A DNA stretch of 63,966 bases, filler included, from Acidimicrobiia bacterium (GTDB lineage: Bacteria; Actinomycetota; Acidimicrobiia; Spongiisociales; CAZKJJ01): assembly GCA_046759765.1 (NCBI GenBank). It is 5 parts of 5 records of this genome, joined end to end, with 100 filler letters (N's around TTAATTAATTAA, not from the genome) between each part and the next. Parts side by side here need not be neighbours in the genome. Positions count along the whole stretch, not along the records: positions 42,372 to 55,627 come from JBHICV010000057.1; positions 55,728 to 63,966 come from JBHICV010000114.1; 3 more parts are not named here. One strand, given 5' to 3'. Both the position numbers and the translations under genes were made by a program. Below, one piece after another: positions 50,484-58,791 of this stretch. Position 1 is the stretch's first letter. Each line of letters begins with the position of its first letter. Below the pieces are notes generated by a model. That model ran no database searches. It was not told the DNA's origin and saw nothing but the letters and a program-made list of their open reading frames with translations.

Positions 50484-51227
50484 GTGTGGGTTGACACACA
50501 TGCGCACATCCAGCTGGCATCGGAGTCCGCCAGGGCGTTGCTCTCGCGAGCAGTAGACGTCGACTGGGTCGTGGTCCCCGGGATCGACCTTGCCTCCTCG
50601 GAGGCGGCTCTTACCCTCGCGGATCAGTATCCGTCGCGGGTCATAGCCTCCGCCGGCCTGCATCCCCACGAGGCACGACGGTGGGGTGAGCAAGGGGCAG
50701 AGATTGCCCGACTGGCTCGACTAGCGGGCGCGGTGGGTGAGACCGGACTGGACTTCTATCGCAACCTGTCCTCGGAGAGAGACCAGCTGGAAGCATTCCA
50801 AGCCCAGGCAGAGCTGGCGATCGAGCTCGATAAGCCGCTGATCGTGCATTGCCGCGACGCCTTCGGAGCGGTCCACGAGGTCGTCGAGTCACTCGGCTGC
50901 GGCGGCAGAACCATCCTCCACTGCTGGACCGGCGGCAGGCGATGGACCAAAAGGTTCCTCGACCTGGATGTGACCTTCTCCTTCGCCGGTCCGATCACCT
51001 ACGAAGGCGGCGACGATGTCAGGGCGGCCGCCTCGATCGTGCCCCACGGAAAGGCGACGGTGGAGACAGACACGCCCTATCTGACGCCTCCGCCAGACCG
51101 CGGTCTCCCGAACGAGCCCGCCAACGTTGCCGCAGTCGGCGAGGCGCTGGCGAGAGTGTGGAAGACGAGTGTCGAGGAGGTAGCGAAGGTCACGACCGTC
51201 GCCGCCGAGAAGGCTTTCAGACGTTGA
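50484..51227 (+). CDS. tatD: TatD-family nuclease
   Basis: DTHAH, GLHPH, GETGLDF, VHCRDA, LHC, ETDTPYL. Confidence 0.93.
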   Translation: MWVDTHAHIQLASESARALLSRAVDVDWVVVPGIDLASSEAALTLADQYPSRVIASAGLHPHEARRWGEQGAEIARLARLAGAVGETGLDFYRNLSSERDQLEAFQAQAELAIELDKPLIVHCRDAFGAVHEVVESLGCGGRTILHCWTGGRRWTKRFLDLDVTFSFAGPITYEGGDDVRAAASIVPHGKATVETDTPYLTPPPDRGLPNEPANVAAVGEALARVWKTSVEEVAKVTTVAAEKAFRR

Positions 51228-52033
51228 CTCAGACGCCCAGTCAGATTCGCGACCTGCTTCGCCGTTACCAGATTGCCCCGCGTAAATCCCTGGGCCAGCA
51301 CTTCCTCGCCGACCCAAACATCACGGCCAAGATCGCCGCGCTCGCTCCGGTCGCGCTTCCCATCGTGGAGGTCGGGGCCGGAACCGGCGCTCTCACCGTC
51401 GCCCTGGCAGATGCCGGCCATGAGGTCATCGCCTACGAAGTCGACGAGCGGCTCCGACCGGTGCTGGAGGAGGTTCTCGAGGGCGTCACCGGCGTAGAGC
51501 TCCGGTTCGCCGACGCGATGGACGTCGACCTGGCAGACGACGTAGCAGCTTCGAAGTGGGCGCTAGTAGGCAACCTCCCCTACAACATCGCTACCCCGCT
51601 GATACTCGACGTGCTGCGTCACGTCCCCGCTGTGGGCCGCTTCGTGGTGATGGTTCAGACCGAGGTCGCAGAGCGGTTTGTGGCCCGGCCCGGCACGAAG
51701 TCCTACGGGGTCCCCTCGGTCGTCACACAGCTCTATGGATTACCTGCCCTCGAGTTCCGAGTCCCGCCCCAGCTGTTCGTTCCACCTCCCGCCGTTGGAT
51801 CGGCGGTCATCATCATCGATCGTCGCCCTGACGTACGGTCTTCAGCGTCCAGAGCCGCCGACCTGGCCGCAGCTGCCTTCGGACAGCGCAGGAAGATGAT
51901 CCGGTCGTCCCTTGCCGATGCGGTTCCCAACCTAACGGACGTGCTGGCGCGGGCGGCGGTGGCCGACGATCTCCGGGCCGACGCCCTTCGGCCTGCCGAC
52001 TATCTGGCCATCGCGGAGGCAGAGGCCGCATGA
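51224..52033 (+). CDS. rsmA: 16S rRNA m6,2A dimethyltransferase
   Basis: KSLGQHFL, EVGAGTG, GNLPYNI, MVQ.EVA, F.QRRK. Confidence 0.95.
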   Translation: MTQTPSQIRDLLRRYQIAPRKSLGQHFLADPNITAKIAALAPVALPIVEVGAGTGALTVALADAGHEVIAYEVDERLRPVLEEVLEGVTGVELRFADAMDVDLADDVAASKWALVGNLPYNIATPLILDVLRHVPAVGRFVVMVQTEVAERFVARPGTKSYGVPSVVTQLYGLPALEFRVPPQLFVPPPAVGSAVIIIDRRPDVRSSASRAADLAAAAFGQRRKMIRSSLADAVPNLTDVLARAAVADDLRADALRPADYLAIAEAEAA

Positions 52034-52881
52034 CCGTCCGAGCAGAGGCACCGGCCAAAGTAAACCTCGCTCTTCGTGTCCTGCGGCAGGAAGCCTCCGG
52101 GTTTCATGCCATCCGCTCTCTTGCGCAAACCGTGGGCTGGACCGACGCCTTGGAAGCGGACACACATGCGGAGGATGCCCTCGAAGTGAGAGGAGCGGAG
52201 GTCCCAACAGGTACAGACAATCTGGTCTGGAAGGCGCTGAACCTCTACCGCGAAGCGGCAGAGAAGATGGTCCGACTCCAGATCACGCTTACCAAAGAGA
52301 TCCCCACCGCGGCCGGCCTGGGAGGCGGAAGCGCGGATGCTGCCGCCGCCTTGCGTATCGCCACCGAGCTGATCCCGGGAGAAGTCAACCTGGCCGAACT
52401 CGCTCCTCGGGTGGGCGCGGACGTGCCCTTCTGTGTGAAGGGAGGCACGGCACTCGTATCGGGCGTCGGCGACCGGGTGGAAGCCGTCGACCCCCAAGCC
52501 GGGTACTGGCTCGGGGTGGTCGTGCCCCCGTTCGAGCTGGCGGCCGGCGACGTTTATCACGCATGGGACCAGCTCGACGGGCCGGCGGATGAAGGTGTGT
52601 CAGGGGCGGCCGTTCCTCCACCACTGCGTGACTACACACCGCTGGTCAACGACCTCTACCCGGCGGCGGTCTCGCTGAATCCGGGCCTGGACGATTGGCG
52701 GGCAAGCTTGCAGAGCGCTTGGGACCGACCGGTGATGATGTCCGGTAGCGGCCCGTCTCTCTTCGGTTACTTCGCCGATGAGAACGAAGCCGGCGACGCC
52801 ATCGAGGCCATTCCACCAGGCGCCAGGGCTGCGCAGGCCGCGGCCCCGGTGTCGCAAGGAGCGAGAATCACCGACCGATAG
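52030..52881 (+). CDS. ispE: 4-diphosphocytidyl-2-C-methyl-D-erythritol kinase
   Basis: APAKVNL, IPTAAGLGGGSADAAA, GADVPF, MSGSGP. Confidence 0.95.
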   Translation: MTVRAEAPAKVNLALRVLRQEASGFHAIRSLAQTVGWTDALEADTHAEDALEVRGAEVPTGTDNLVWKALNLYREAAEKMVRLQITLTKEIPTAAGLGGGSADAAAALRIATELIPGEVNLAELAPRVGADVPFCVKGGTALVSGVGDRVEAVDPQAGYWLGVVVPPFELAAGDVYHAWDQLDGPADEGVSGAAVPPPLRDYTPLVNDLYPAAVSLNPGLDDWRASLQSAWDRPVMMSGSGPSLFGYFADENEAGDAIEAIPPGARAAQAAAPVSQGARITDR

Positions 52882-52912
52882 ACTGTTTCTGCCCGGTGTC
52901 GAGGCGCCCCCT

Positions 52913-52984
52913 TGGGGGGTGGTGTAACAGGCAGCACAGCGGTTTTTGGTGCCGCTAGAACGGGTTCGAATCCTGTCCCCCCAG
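52913..52984 (+). tRNA. tRNA-Gln(TTG), CCA not encoded
   Basis: TGGGGGG/CCCCCCA acceptor, anticodon arm GCGGT-TTTTGGT-GCCGC, GGTTCGAATCC T-arm. Usual position before glmU. Confidence 0.95.
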
Positions 52985-53005
52985 CTGAGCTAGAGAGGGA
53001 GAAAC

Positions 53006-54391
53006 ATGCCCGTCAAGGCGGTAGTGATGGCTGCCGGGGAGGGCACCCGAATGCGGTCGGATCTGCCGAAGGTCCTCCATCCCGTTGCGGGGCGGCCGCT
53101 GTTGTGGTGGGTGTTGGAGTCGGTCCGGGCATTGGAGCCGGACGAGACGCTGGTCGTAATAGGTCACGGTGCCGAGCACGTGAAGGACAAGCTTGGCGAC
53201 GGAACTCGATGGGTTCTTCAGCCCGAGCAATTAGGAACAGGGCACGCGGTCGAGATCGCGCTGGCCGAATTGGGCGACGTATCCACCGACACCGTCGTCG
53301 TCGTACCCGGTGACGCGCCACTGATGGGAGATCGGCTGCCGGAGTTGCTGGCGCATCACAGCGACACGGGTGCAGCCGTCACCTTTCTGACCGCGGAGCT
53401 CGAGGATCCGTATGGCTACGGACGAATTGTACGCGCCGCCAACGGAGAGGTGGTCGGTGTCGTGGAGGAAACCGATGCGGAGGAGGAGCAGCTGGCCATC
53501 GCGGAAGTCAACGGCGGCATCTATGCCTTCGATGGTGGTCGCCTAGGGGCCGCGTTGGCCACCCTCGACCGTGAAAACGCGCAGAAGGAGTACTACCTGC
53601 CCGACGTGGTCGCGGCTCTGTCACGCGAGGGTTATCGACTCGAGGCGCTGCGTGCTGGTGCCGATGACATTGCTGGCGTGAACAGCCACGATCAGCTCGC
53701 CTTTGCCGATGCCGTTGCCCGAGCTCGAATCAACCGTGCCTGGATGCGGGAAGGCGTCTGGATGCAGGACTCGCAAAGGGTCTATGTCGACGCCGACGTC
53801 CGGCTGTCGCCGGGCGTGCGCCTCTACCCGGGCGTTCACCTGGAGGGGACGACCGAGGTGTCCGAAGATGCCGTGCTCGGTCCGGATGTGTTCGCGTTGG
53901 ACTCGACAATTGGCCAGGGCGCAAGAGTGTGGTACTCGGTGCTGCGCGAGGCGAAGATCGGAGCGGAGGCCCAGGTGGGTCCTTACGCCAGCCTGAGGCC
54001 CGGGACGGTCATCGACGCCGGCGCCAAAGCGGGGACGTTCGTGGAGATGAAGAACGCCCACGTTGGCGAGGGCGCCAAGGTGCCGCACCTTTCCTATATG
54101 GGGGACGCGGAGATCGGTCCGCGGGCCAATATCGGGGCGGGGACGATCACCTGCAACTACGACGGCGTGGCCAAATACGAGACCGTGATCGGGGCCGATG
54201 CCTTCATCGGATCGGACACGATGCTCGTCGCGCCGGTGGAGATCGGGGAGGCGGCCGTGACGGGCGCCGGATCGACCATTACCGAGGATGTCTCGCCCGG
54301 TGCGCTCGCCGTCGAGCGTTCGTCGCAGGATGAAGTTCCCGGCTACGCTGAAAAATTGGAGGAACGACGGAGGCGCAAAGCGGAGGAATAG
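53006..54391 (+). CDS. glmU: Bifunctional UDP-GlcNAc pyrophosphorylase / GlcN-1-P acetyltransferase
   Basis: MAAGEGTRM, QLGTGHAV, EYYL, HLSYMGD, TCNYDG, hexapeptide repeats. Confidence 0.97.
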   Translation: MPVKAVVMAAGEGTRMRSDLPKVLHPVAGRPLLWWVLESVRALEPDETLVVIGHGAEHVKDKLGDGTRWVLQPEQLGTGHAVEIALAELGDVSTDTVVVVPGDAPLMGDRLPELLAHHSDTGAAVTFLTAELEDPYGYGRIVRAANGEVVGVVEETDAEEEQLAIAEVNGGIYAFDGGRLGAALATLDRENAQKEYYLPDVVAALSREGYRLEALRAGADDIAGVNSHDQLAFADAVARARINRAWMREGVWMQDSQRVYVDADVRLSPGVRLYPGVHLEGTTEVSEDAVLGPDVFALDSTIGQGARVWYSVLREAKIGAEAQVGPYASLRPGTVIDAGAKAGTFVEMKNAHVGEGAKVPHLSYMGDAEIGPRANIGAGTITCNYDGVAKYETVIGADAFIGSDTMLVAPVEIGEAAVTGAGSTITEDVSPGALAVERSSQDEVPGYAEKLEERRRRKAEE

Positions 54392-54393
54392 CG

Positions 54394-55365
54394 ATGGACC
54401 AGGTAGGGCACAAGCGGATGATGCTCTTCGCCGGGGGCGCTAACCCGGAGCTGTCCGATGAGGTGGCGGAGCATCTGGGAGTTCCATTGGGAGGTATGGA
54501 GCGCAGCCAGTTCGCCAACGGGGAGATCTACGTCCGGGCTACAGAAAGCGTTCGGGGAGCCGACTGCTTCGTCATCCAGACGCACTCGGATCCGATCAAC
54601 TTCCACATCATGGAGCAGCTGTTGATGATCGACGCCCTCAATCGGGCGTCGGCCAAGCGGATCACCGCGGTTGTACCGTTCTTCGGCTATGCCCGCCAGG
54701 ACAAGAAGGTGCTACCACGCGAGCCCATCTCGGCGCGATTGGTCGGCGACCTCTACATGGCCGCGGGAGCCGACCGAATCGTGTCGGTCGATCTCCACAC
54801 AGGACAGATTCAGGGTTTCATTCCGCGACCCTTCGACCACCTCACGGCACTGCCGATATTCGCCGACTACTTGAATGGCCGACTCGACGGGCCGATCACG
54901 GTGGTGTCGCCAGATGCCGGTGGTGTGAAGCGAGCAGAGAAATATGCCCGCCATCTCGAGGCCTACGTGGCATTCGTCGCCAAGCGCCGGGAGGAAGAGG
55001 AACACAACGTGTCCGAGGCCCTGGCGATGGTCGGAAAGGTGCGTGATCGGCACGCGGTCATCGTCGACGACATGGTCGATACTGCCGGGACATCTGCTAA
55101 CGCCGCCCGACTGCTCAGGGAGAAGGGCGCCAAGAGTGTCCTGCTGATGGCAACCCACGGCGTGTTCTCCGAGCCGTCCATCGACAATCTCAAGAACGCT
55201 CCCGTCGATGAGGTCATTGTCACGAACACGCTTCCCCTTCCGGATGAGGCCGAAGCGCTGGACAAGATCACTGTGCTCTCGGTTGCGGGAATAGTGGCGG
55301 AGGCACTGAAGGCCATCTTCACCGAGACGTCGGTCTCCGAGATCTTCCTCGGCGAAAACGTTTAA
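54394..55365 (+). CDS. prs: Ribose-phosphate diphosphokinase
   Basis: FANGE, YARQDKK, DLH, VSPDAGG, VDDMVDTAGT. Confidence 0.97.
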   Translation: MDQVGHKRMMLFAGGANPELSDEVAEHLGVPLGGMERSQFANGEIYVRATESVRGADCFVIQTHSDPINFHIMEQLLMIDALNRASAKRITAVVPFFGYARQDKKVLPREPISARLVGDLYMAAGADRIVSVDLHTGQIQGFIPRPFDHLTALPIFADYLNGRLDGPITVVSPDAGGVKRAEKYARHLEAYVAFVAKRREEEEHNVSEALAMVGKVRDRHAVIVDDMVDTAGTSANAARLLREKGAKSVLLMATHGVFSEPSIDNLKNAPVDEVIVTNTLPLPDEAEALDKITVLSVAGIVAEALKAIFTETSVSEIFLGENV

Positions 55366-55388
55366 ACCTTTCCTGATCGGTCGACCTC

Positions 55389-55627
55389 ATGTCCCTCTCT
55401 GAAGACGGACCGCTACTTCTTGCTTTAGCGCTGCTCGTAGTGCTGGCCGCCTTTCTCGCCGCCGCCGAAGCGGCGCTCGTACGGATGCCAAAAGTTAGGG
55501 CGGCGTCTCTGGCGGCAGCCGGCGGACGGGCCGAGGCCCGTCTGGCGGCGCTCGTCGATGACCTTCCCCGGGTGCTGAACGCGATTCTTCTCGCGGCCCT
55601 CTTGGCCCAGATCGGCGCAGCCACCGT
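55389..55627 (+). CDS. CNNM/DUF21 hemolysin-family protein, 3' truncated
   Basis: TM followed by AFLAAAEAAL motif. Confidence 0.75.
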
Positions 55628-55727
55628 NNNNNNNNNNNNNNNNNNNNNNNNNNNNNNNNNNNNNNNNNNNNTTAATTAATTAANNNNNNNNNNNNNNNNN
55701 NNNNNNNNNNNNNNNNNNNNNNNNNNN
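55628..55727. other. Artificial contig linker
   Basis: N-run, TTAATTAATTAA, N-run. Confidence 0.99.
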
Positions 55728-55958
55728 GTAAGCCAAGACAATCCGCGTGTCTCCGAGCAGACACCTGCTCTTCAGCACCCCGGCCCTGCGTGCCCGGCCA
55801 TAAGCCACGATTGCCAGCCCGCTCATCACCGCCACCATCAGTGGAGGGGAGAGGAGCCAGGCCAGGAGCGCGACTGTCGTAAACACGCACAACCGCAGTG
55901 GGTCGAAGGGCTTTGTCTCGGGCCGGGCGGTGAAGGCTGCGGGCGGGGCAGATCTCAT
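55728..55958 (-). CDS. Small membrane protein of the radical SAM operon, 3' truncated
   Basis: DPLRLCVFTTVALLAW...SRCLLGD. ATGA overlap with the radical SAM stop. Confidence 0.7.
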
Positions 55959-57523
55959 GTACGGCCTCCAATTGCCACGGGGACGTTTTCGCTATCGATG
56001 CGGGCGACCTCGGCCAGCTTCAGCTCACCCAGAGGTCGCCAGGCCTGCATGGCACAGAACGGGGCGCACTGATGGTCACCGTTCTTGCTGGCGCCAACGT
56101 GCACACAGCACTGCATCAGCCGCTCCTCCAGCATCGTGTTGATGTCCATGAAAGGCTTGATCGTGATCCGCTTGACGCGAGTCGCAACTAACTCGCGGAT
56201 CCGGCGACGCTCCGAGGAGCTGGTCGCCATTTTCAGGAGAGTGCCCATCCCGAGGTCGCAGGCCTCGCAGACGTCGCGAAACAGATCCAGGAGCTTCGGG
56301 TGGGTCAAGGACGTTTGTTCGCTCAGCAGTCCGAGCAGCGACGCCTTGACGAGCTTCTGGAGGTCCTCAGTGAGAGAGTGATCGGCCATCTTGTTGCTGA
56401 CCAGATCGAGGTGCATCTTGAGCCGTTCGTGCCCGATCACTCCGACGAGCGATCTCCAGTCACCGTCATCGGTCTTGAGCATGTAGCCGACGCTGGCGCA
56501 ATGAGGATGGGAGCACGGTAGGGCGGTCAGGTCCTTCCAAGTGACCGTGTCGTTGGTTTGCGGTCCCAGACGGTGCAAAACGCCGGTGTGAGTCAGCCTG
56601 TCGAGGGGGTCAATCGGATTCGAGCGGCCTGATCCGAACTGAGGTTGGATGCAGATCCCGCCGACGTAATCCGTTTCGAGGCCTTTCATGACCACCGCTC
56701 CGATCTCGTCGTCGTTGACACCGAGCGCGGCGGTCATAGTGAGCGTGGTGAATATTCCGGCATCGCTCAGGCGGTTTATCGCTCGTTCCTTCAGAGACCG
56801 CAGGTCGGCGTTTCGGTGGTGGAGATAGGTCTCCTTGCGGAATCCGTCGAACTGGAGATACACCTCCACGCGATCCTTGTGTCGGGCGAGCAAATCGAGC
56901 AACTCGTCGTTGCGGGCGATGAGCACCCCGTTGCTGTTGACCAAGATGCGCCCGATCTCACGCTGGGTGACGAGCCGGAGGATTTCGGCGAAGCGCGGGT
57001 GGATAGTCGGCTCGCCGCCGGAGAGCATCAAGACATCGATACGACCGCCCTCCCGAGCCAGCCTCGTATCGATGTTGGCGAGGACATCGTCAACTTGGGC
57101 CACTCCGGTCAGCTCGGGCATCGAATCGGCGTAGCACGTCGGGCACCGGAGGTTGCAGTTCTCGTTGATGTCCTCGAGCAGGATGCAAGTGTGCTGGGTC
57201 TGCATCTCGCCTAGGCCCTCGAGATAAGCCGCCGGTATGGGCGAGTAGTTGCCGTCCGTGTCAGGAATATGGACTTTCGTGGGCGCAGTCCATTCCTCCA
57301 GGTAGGAGAGGATCTCGGGATCCTCGTCATAGAGAGTGACGACCTTGCCGTGCTTCGGGCATCCCCGCACGAGCCAGACTCGACCCTCGGCCTCTGACAG
57401 GTAGCCGGCCAGCCGTTCGACCTCCTCGAGGGGAGCACTGGGATTCTCGTCATGGCAGAGAGGGCAGAAGGAGGTCACGTAGCGATGGATGCGATCCTCC
57501 CTGACCGGCATACCCAGGGTCAT
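55955..57523 (-). CDS. Radical SAM enzyme, Tes/GDGT-MAS (MJ0619)-like family
   Basis: CNLRCPTC, SGGEPT, YLQFDG, N-terminal CPLC...CPKH, PCSHPHC, C-terminal FMD...CCVH...PFC. Confidence 0.85.
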   Translation of the reverse strand: MTLGMPVREDRIHRYVTSFCPLCHDENPSAPLEEVERLAGYLSEAEGRVWLVRGCPKHGKVVTLYDEDPEILSYLEEWTAPTKVHIPDTDGNYSPIPAAYLEGLGEMQTQHTCILLEDINENCNLRCPTCYADSMPELTGVAQVDDVLANIDTRLAREGGRIDVLMLSGGEPTIHPRFAEILRLVTQREIGRILVNSNGVLIARNDELLDLLARHKDRVEVYLQFDGFRKETYLHHRNADLRSLKERAINRLSDAGIFTTLTMTAALGVNDDEIGAVVMKGLETDYVGGICIQPQFGSGRSNPIDPLDRLTHTGVLHRLGPQTNDTVTWKDLTALPCSHPHCASVGYMLKTDDGDWRSLVGVIGHERLKMHLDLVSNKMADHSLTEDLQKLVKASLLGLLSEQTSLTHPKLLDLFRDVCEACDLGMGTLLKMATSSSERRRIRELVATRVKRITIKPFMDINTMLEERLMQCCVHVGASKNGDHQCAPFCAMQAWRPLGELKLAEVARIDSENVPVAIGGRT

Positions 57524-57822
57524 ATCTGACCTGGGATCAAAACCACCAGCAGCGTGCAGTTCCCCATCGAGAGGATCGTGAGCAGGGCATAGCCGACCGC
57601 GATGCCGATCCCGAGACTCCGGTTGCCGCCGCGGAAGGCCAAGACGACTACCGCAGCAGTCGCGGCCAGCAGCAGCAGCGCCAACGGCGCGGCAACCCAG
57701 TCGGGCGCGTCAAGGCCGAGCGCGGTGAAGAACACCACCCAAAAGAAGACCGTGATTCCGAGCACCGAGACTCCCAGACCCAGCATCAGCTGACCCCAGT
57801 TGATCTGGCGTGCTTCCGTCAT
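57520..57822 (-). CDS. Small 3-TM membrane protein ending in a GxC motif
   Basis: 100 aa, ends LTILSMGNCTLLVVLIPGQI. Overlaps both neighbours by 4 bp. Confidence 0.7.
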   Translation of the reverse strand: MTEARQINWGQLMLGLGVSVLGITVFFWVVFFTALGLDAPDWVAAPLALLLLAATAAVVVLAFRGGNRSLGIGIAVGYALLTILSMGNCTLLVVLIPGQI

Positions 57823-58607
57823 GTGGCTACTTGCCTAGTTCGGTAGGCACCCTGAGACCACTGGCGCAGGAAGTACACCCCGACGAAAGGGACCGTGACC
57901 AATAGGAAGAGCTGGGAGCCTGATAGGCCCAGCCAGAACTCCGGGTTCCCTCGGACGAACTCGACTACGAATCGGAAGAGCCCATAGGACAGCAGGAAGA
58001 TCTTCAGCAGCTCACCCTGGACGGGGATGCGCCCTCGCAGAACCAGCAAACCGCCGAACGCCAGTGCGAGAAATGCGATCTCGTAGAGGAAGGAAGGATG
58101 CAGCGGGATACCTGACACACACTGGGGGCAGTTAGCAATCTGGGAGCCGATCGCGGGGTCCAGGGTGATGCCCCAAGGCAGCGAGGTGGGCGTTCCGACC
58201 TGCTCAGTCAAGAAGCATCCGATGCGGCCGATAGCCAGTCCGAGAGCGACGGCCGGTGCGAACAGGTCCCCGGTCCTCTCGCGGTAGCCGACGATTCGCT
58301 TGGTCACGATCGCTCCGAAGTAGGCCCCCGCCAAGCCTCCAAGCACACTGCGACCGCCCTGGAGCCAGAGGCCTTGAAGAGTGGGTTCCGGGGCCGTGGC
58401 CAGGTATTGCCAGCCCGTTGAGAGCTTGCCAAAGACGGCTCCTCCCAGGAGGGCGCCGATCGCGACCCAGAGCGTCTTCTCAGTTAGCTTCCGACGGCGA
58501 CGCGCCTCCCACAGGTAAAAGGCGAAAGCCGCCGCCACGCCCAGCAGCAGGAATGCGTCGTGCGTCGGGATGGCCAGTTCCCCGAGGGGTAGCAACGTGG
58601 GCCTCAT
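57819..58607 (-). CDS. Prolipoprotein diacylglyceryl transferase (Lgt)-family paralog
   Basis: GGRSVLGG, IGRIGCF, LPWG, HPSFLYE, YGLFRFVVEFVR. Confidence 0.85.
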   Translation of the reverse strand: MRPTLLPLGELAIPTHDAFLLLGVAAAFAFYLWEARRRRKLTEKTLWVAIGALLGGAVFGKLSTGWQYLATAPEPTLQGLWLQGGRSVLGGLAGAYFGAIVTKRIVGYRERTGDLFAPAVALGLAIGRIGCFLTEQVGTPTSLPWGITLDPAIGSQIANCPQCVSGIPLHPSFLYEIAFLALAFGGLLVLRGRIPVQGELLKIFLLSYGLFRFVVEFVRGNPEFWLGLSGSQLFLLVTVPFVGVYFLRQWSQGAYRTRQVAT

Positions 58608-58726
58608 CAAACGTTGAGCAGCAGGGCGCAGGTGCCACCGAGCAGAACCAGCACACCGATGGCGATGAGGACCACCATGCCGACCCGTCTCCAGCCAGAC
58701 GGAGATTCGGGTTCGCGCTCGCCCAT
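58607..58726 (-). CDS. Unannotated 39-aa hydrophobic peptide MGEREPESPSGWRRVGMVVLIAIGVLVLLGGTCALLLNV
   Basis: Translated by hand (below the ORF-track cutoff). ATG preceded by GGAAGG; its TGA overlaps the Lgt-paralog ATG (TGATG). Confidence 0.7.
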   Translation of the reverse strand: MGEREPESPSGWRRVGMVVLIAIGVLVLLGGTCALLLNV

Positions 58727-58791
58727 GGACCTTCCGCTATTCGGCCGGAGCGTATTCGAGCGCTAGCCCGTCTCCAACGACCGTCGCGGGG

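Noticed and set aside
55955..57523. Calling the radical SAM MoaA, or a proven tetraether lipid synthase
   Set aside because: Cys architecture and length do not fit MoaA, and family resemblance to Tes does not establish the same reaction in a bacterium.
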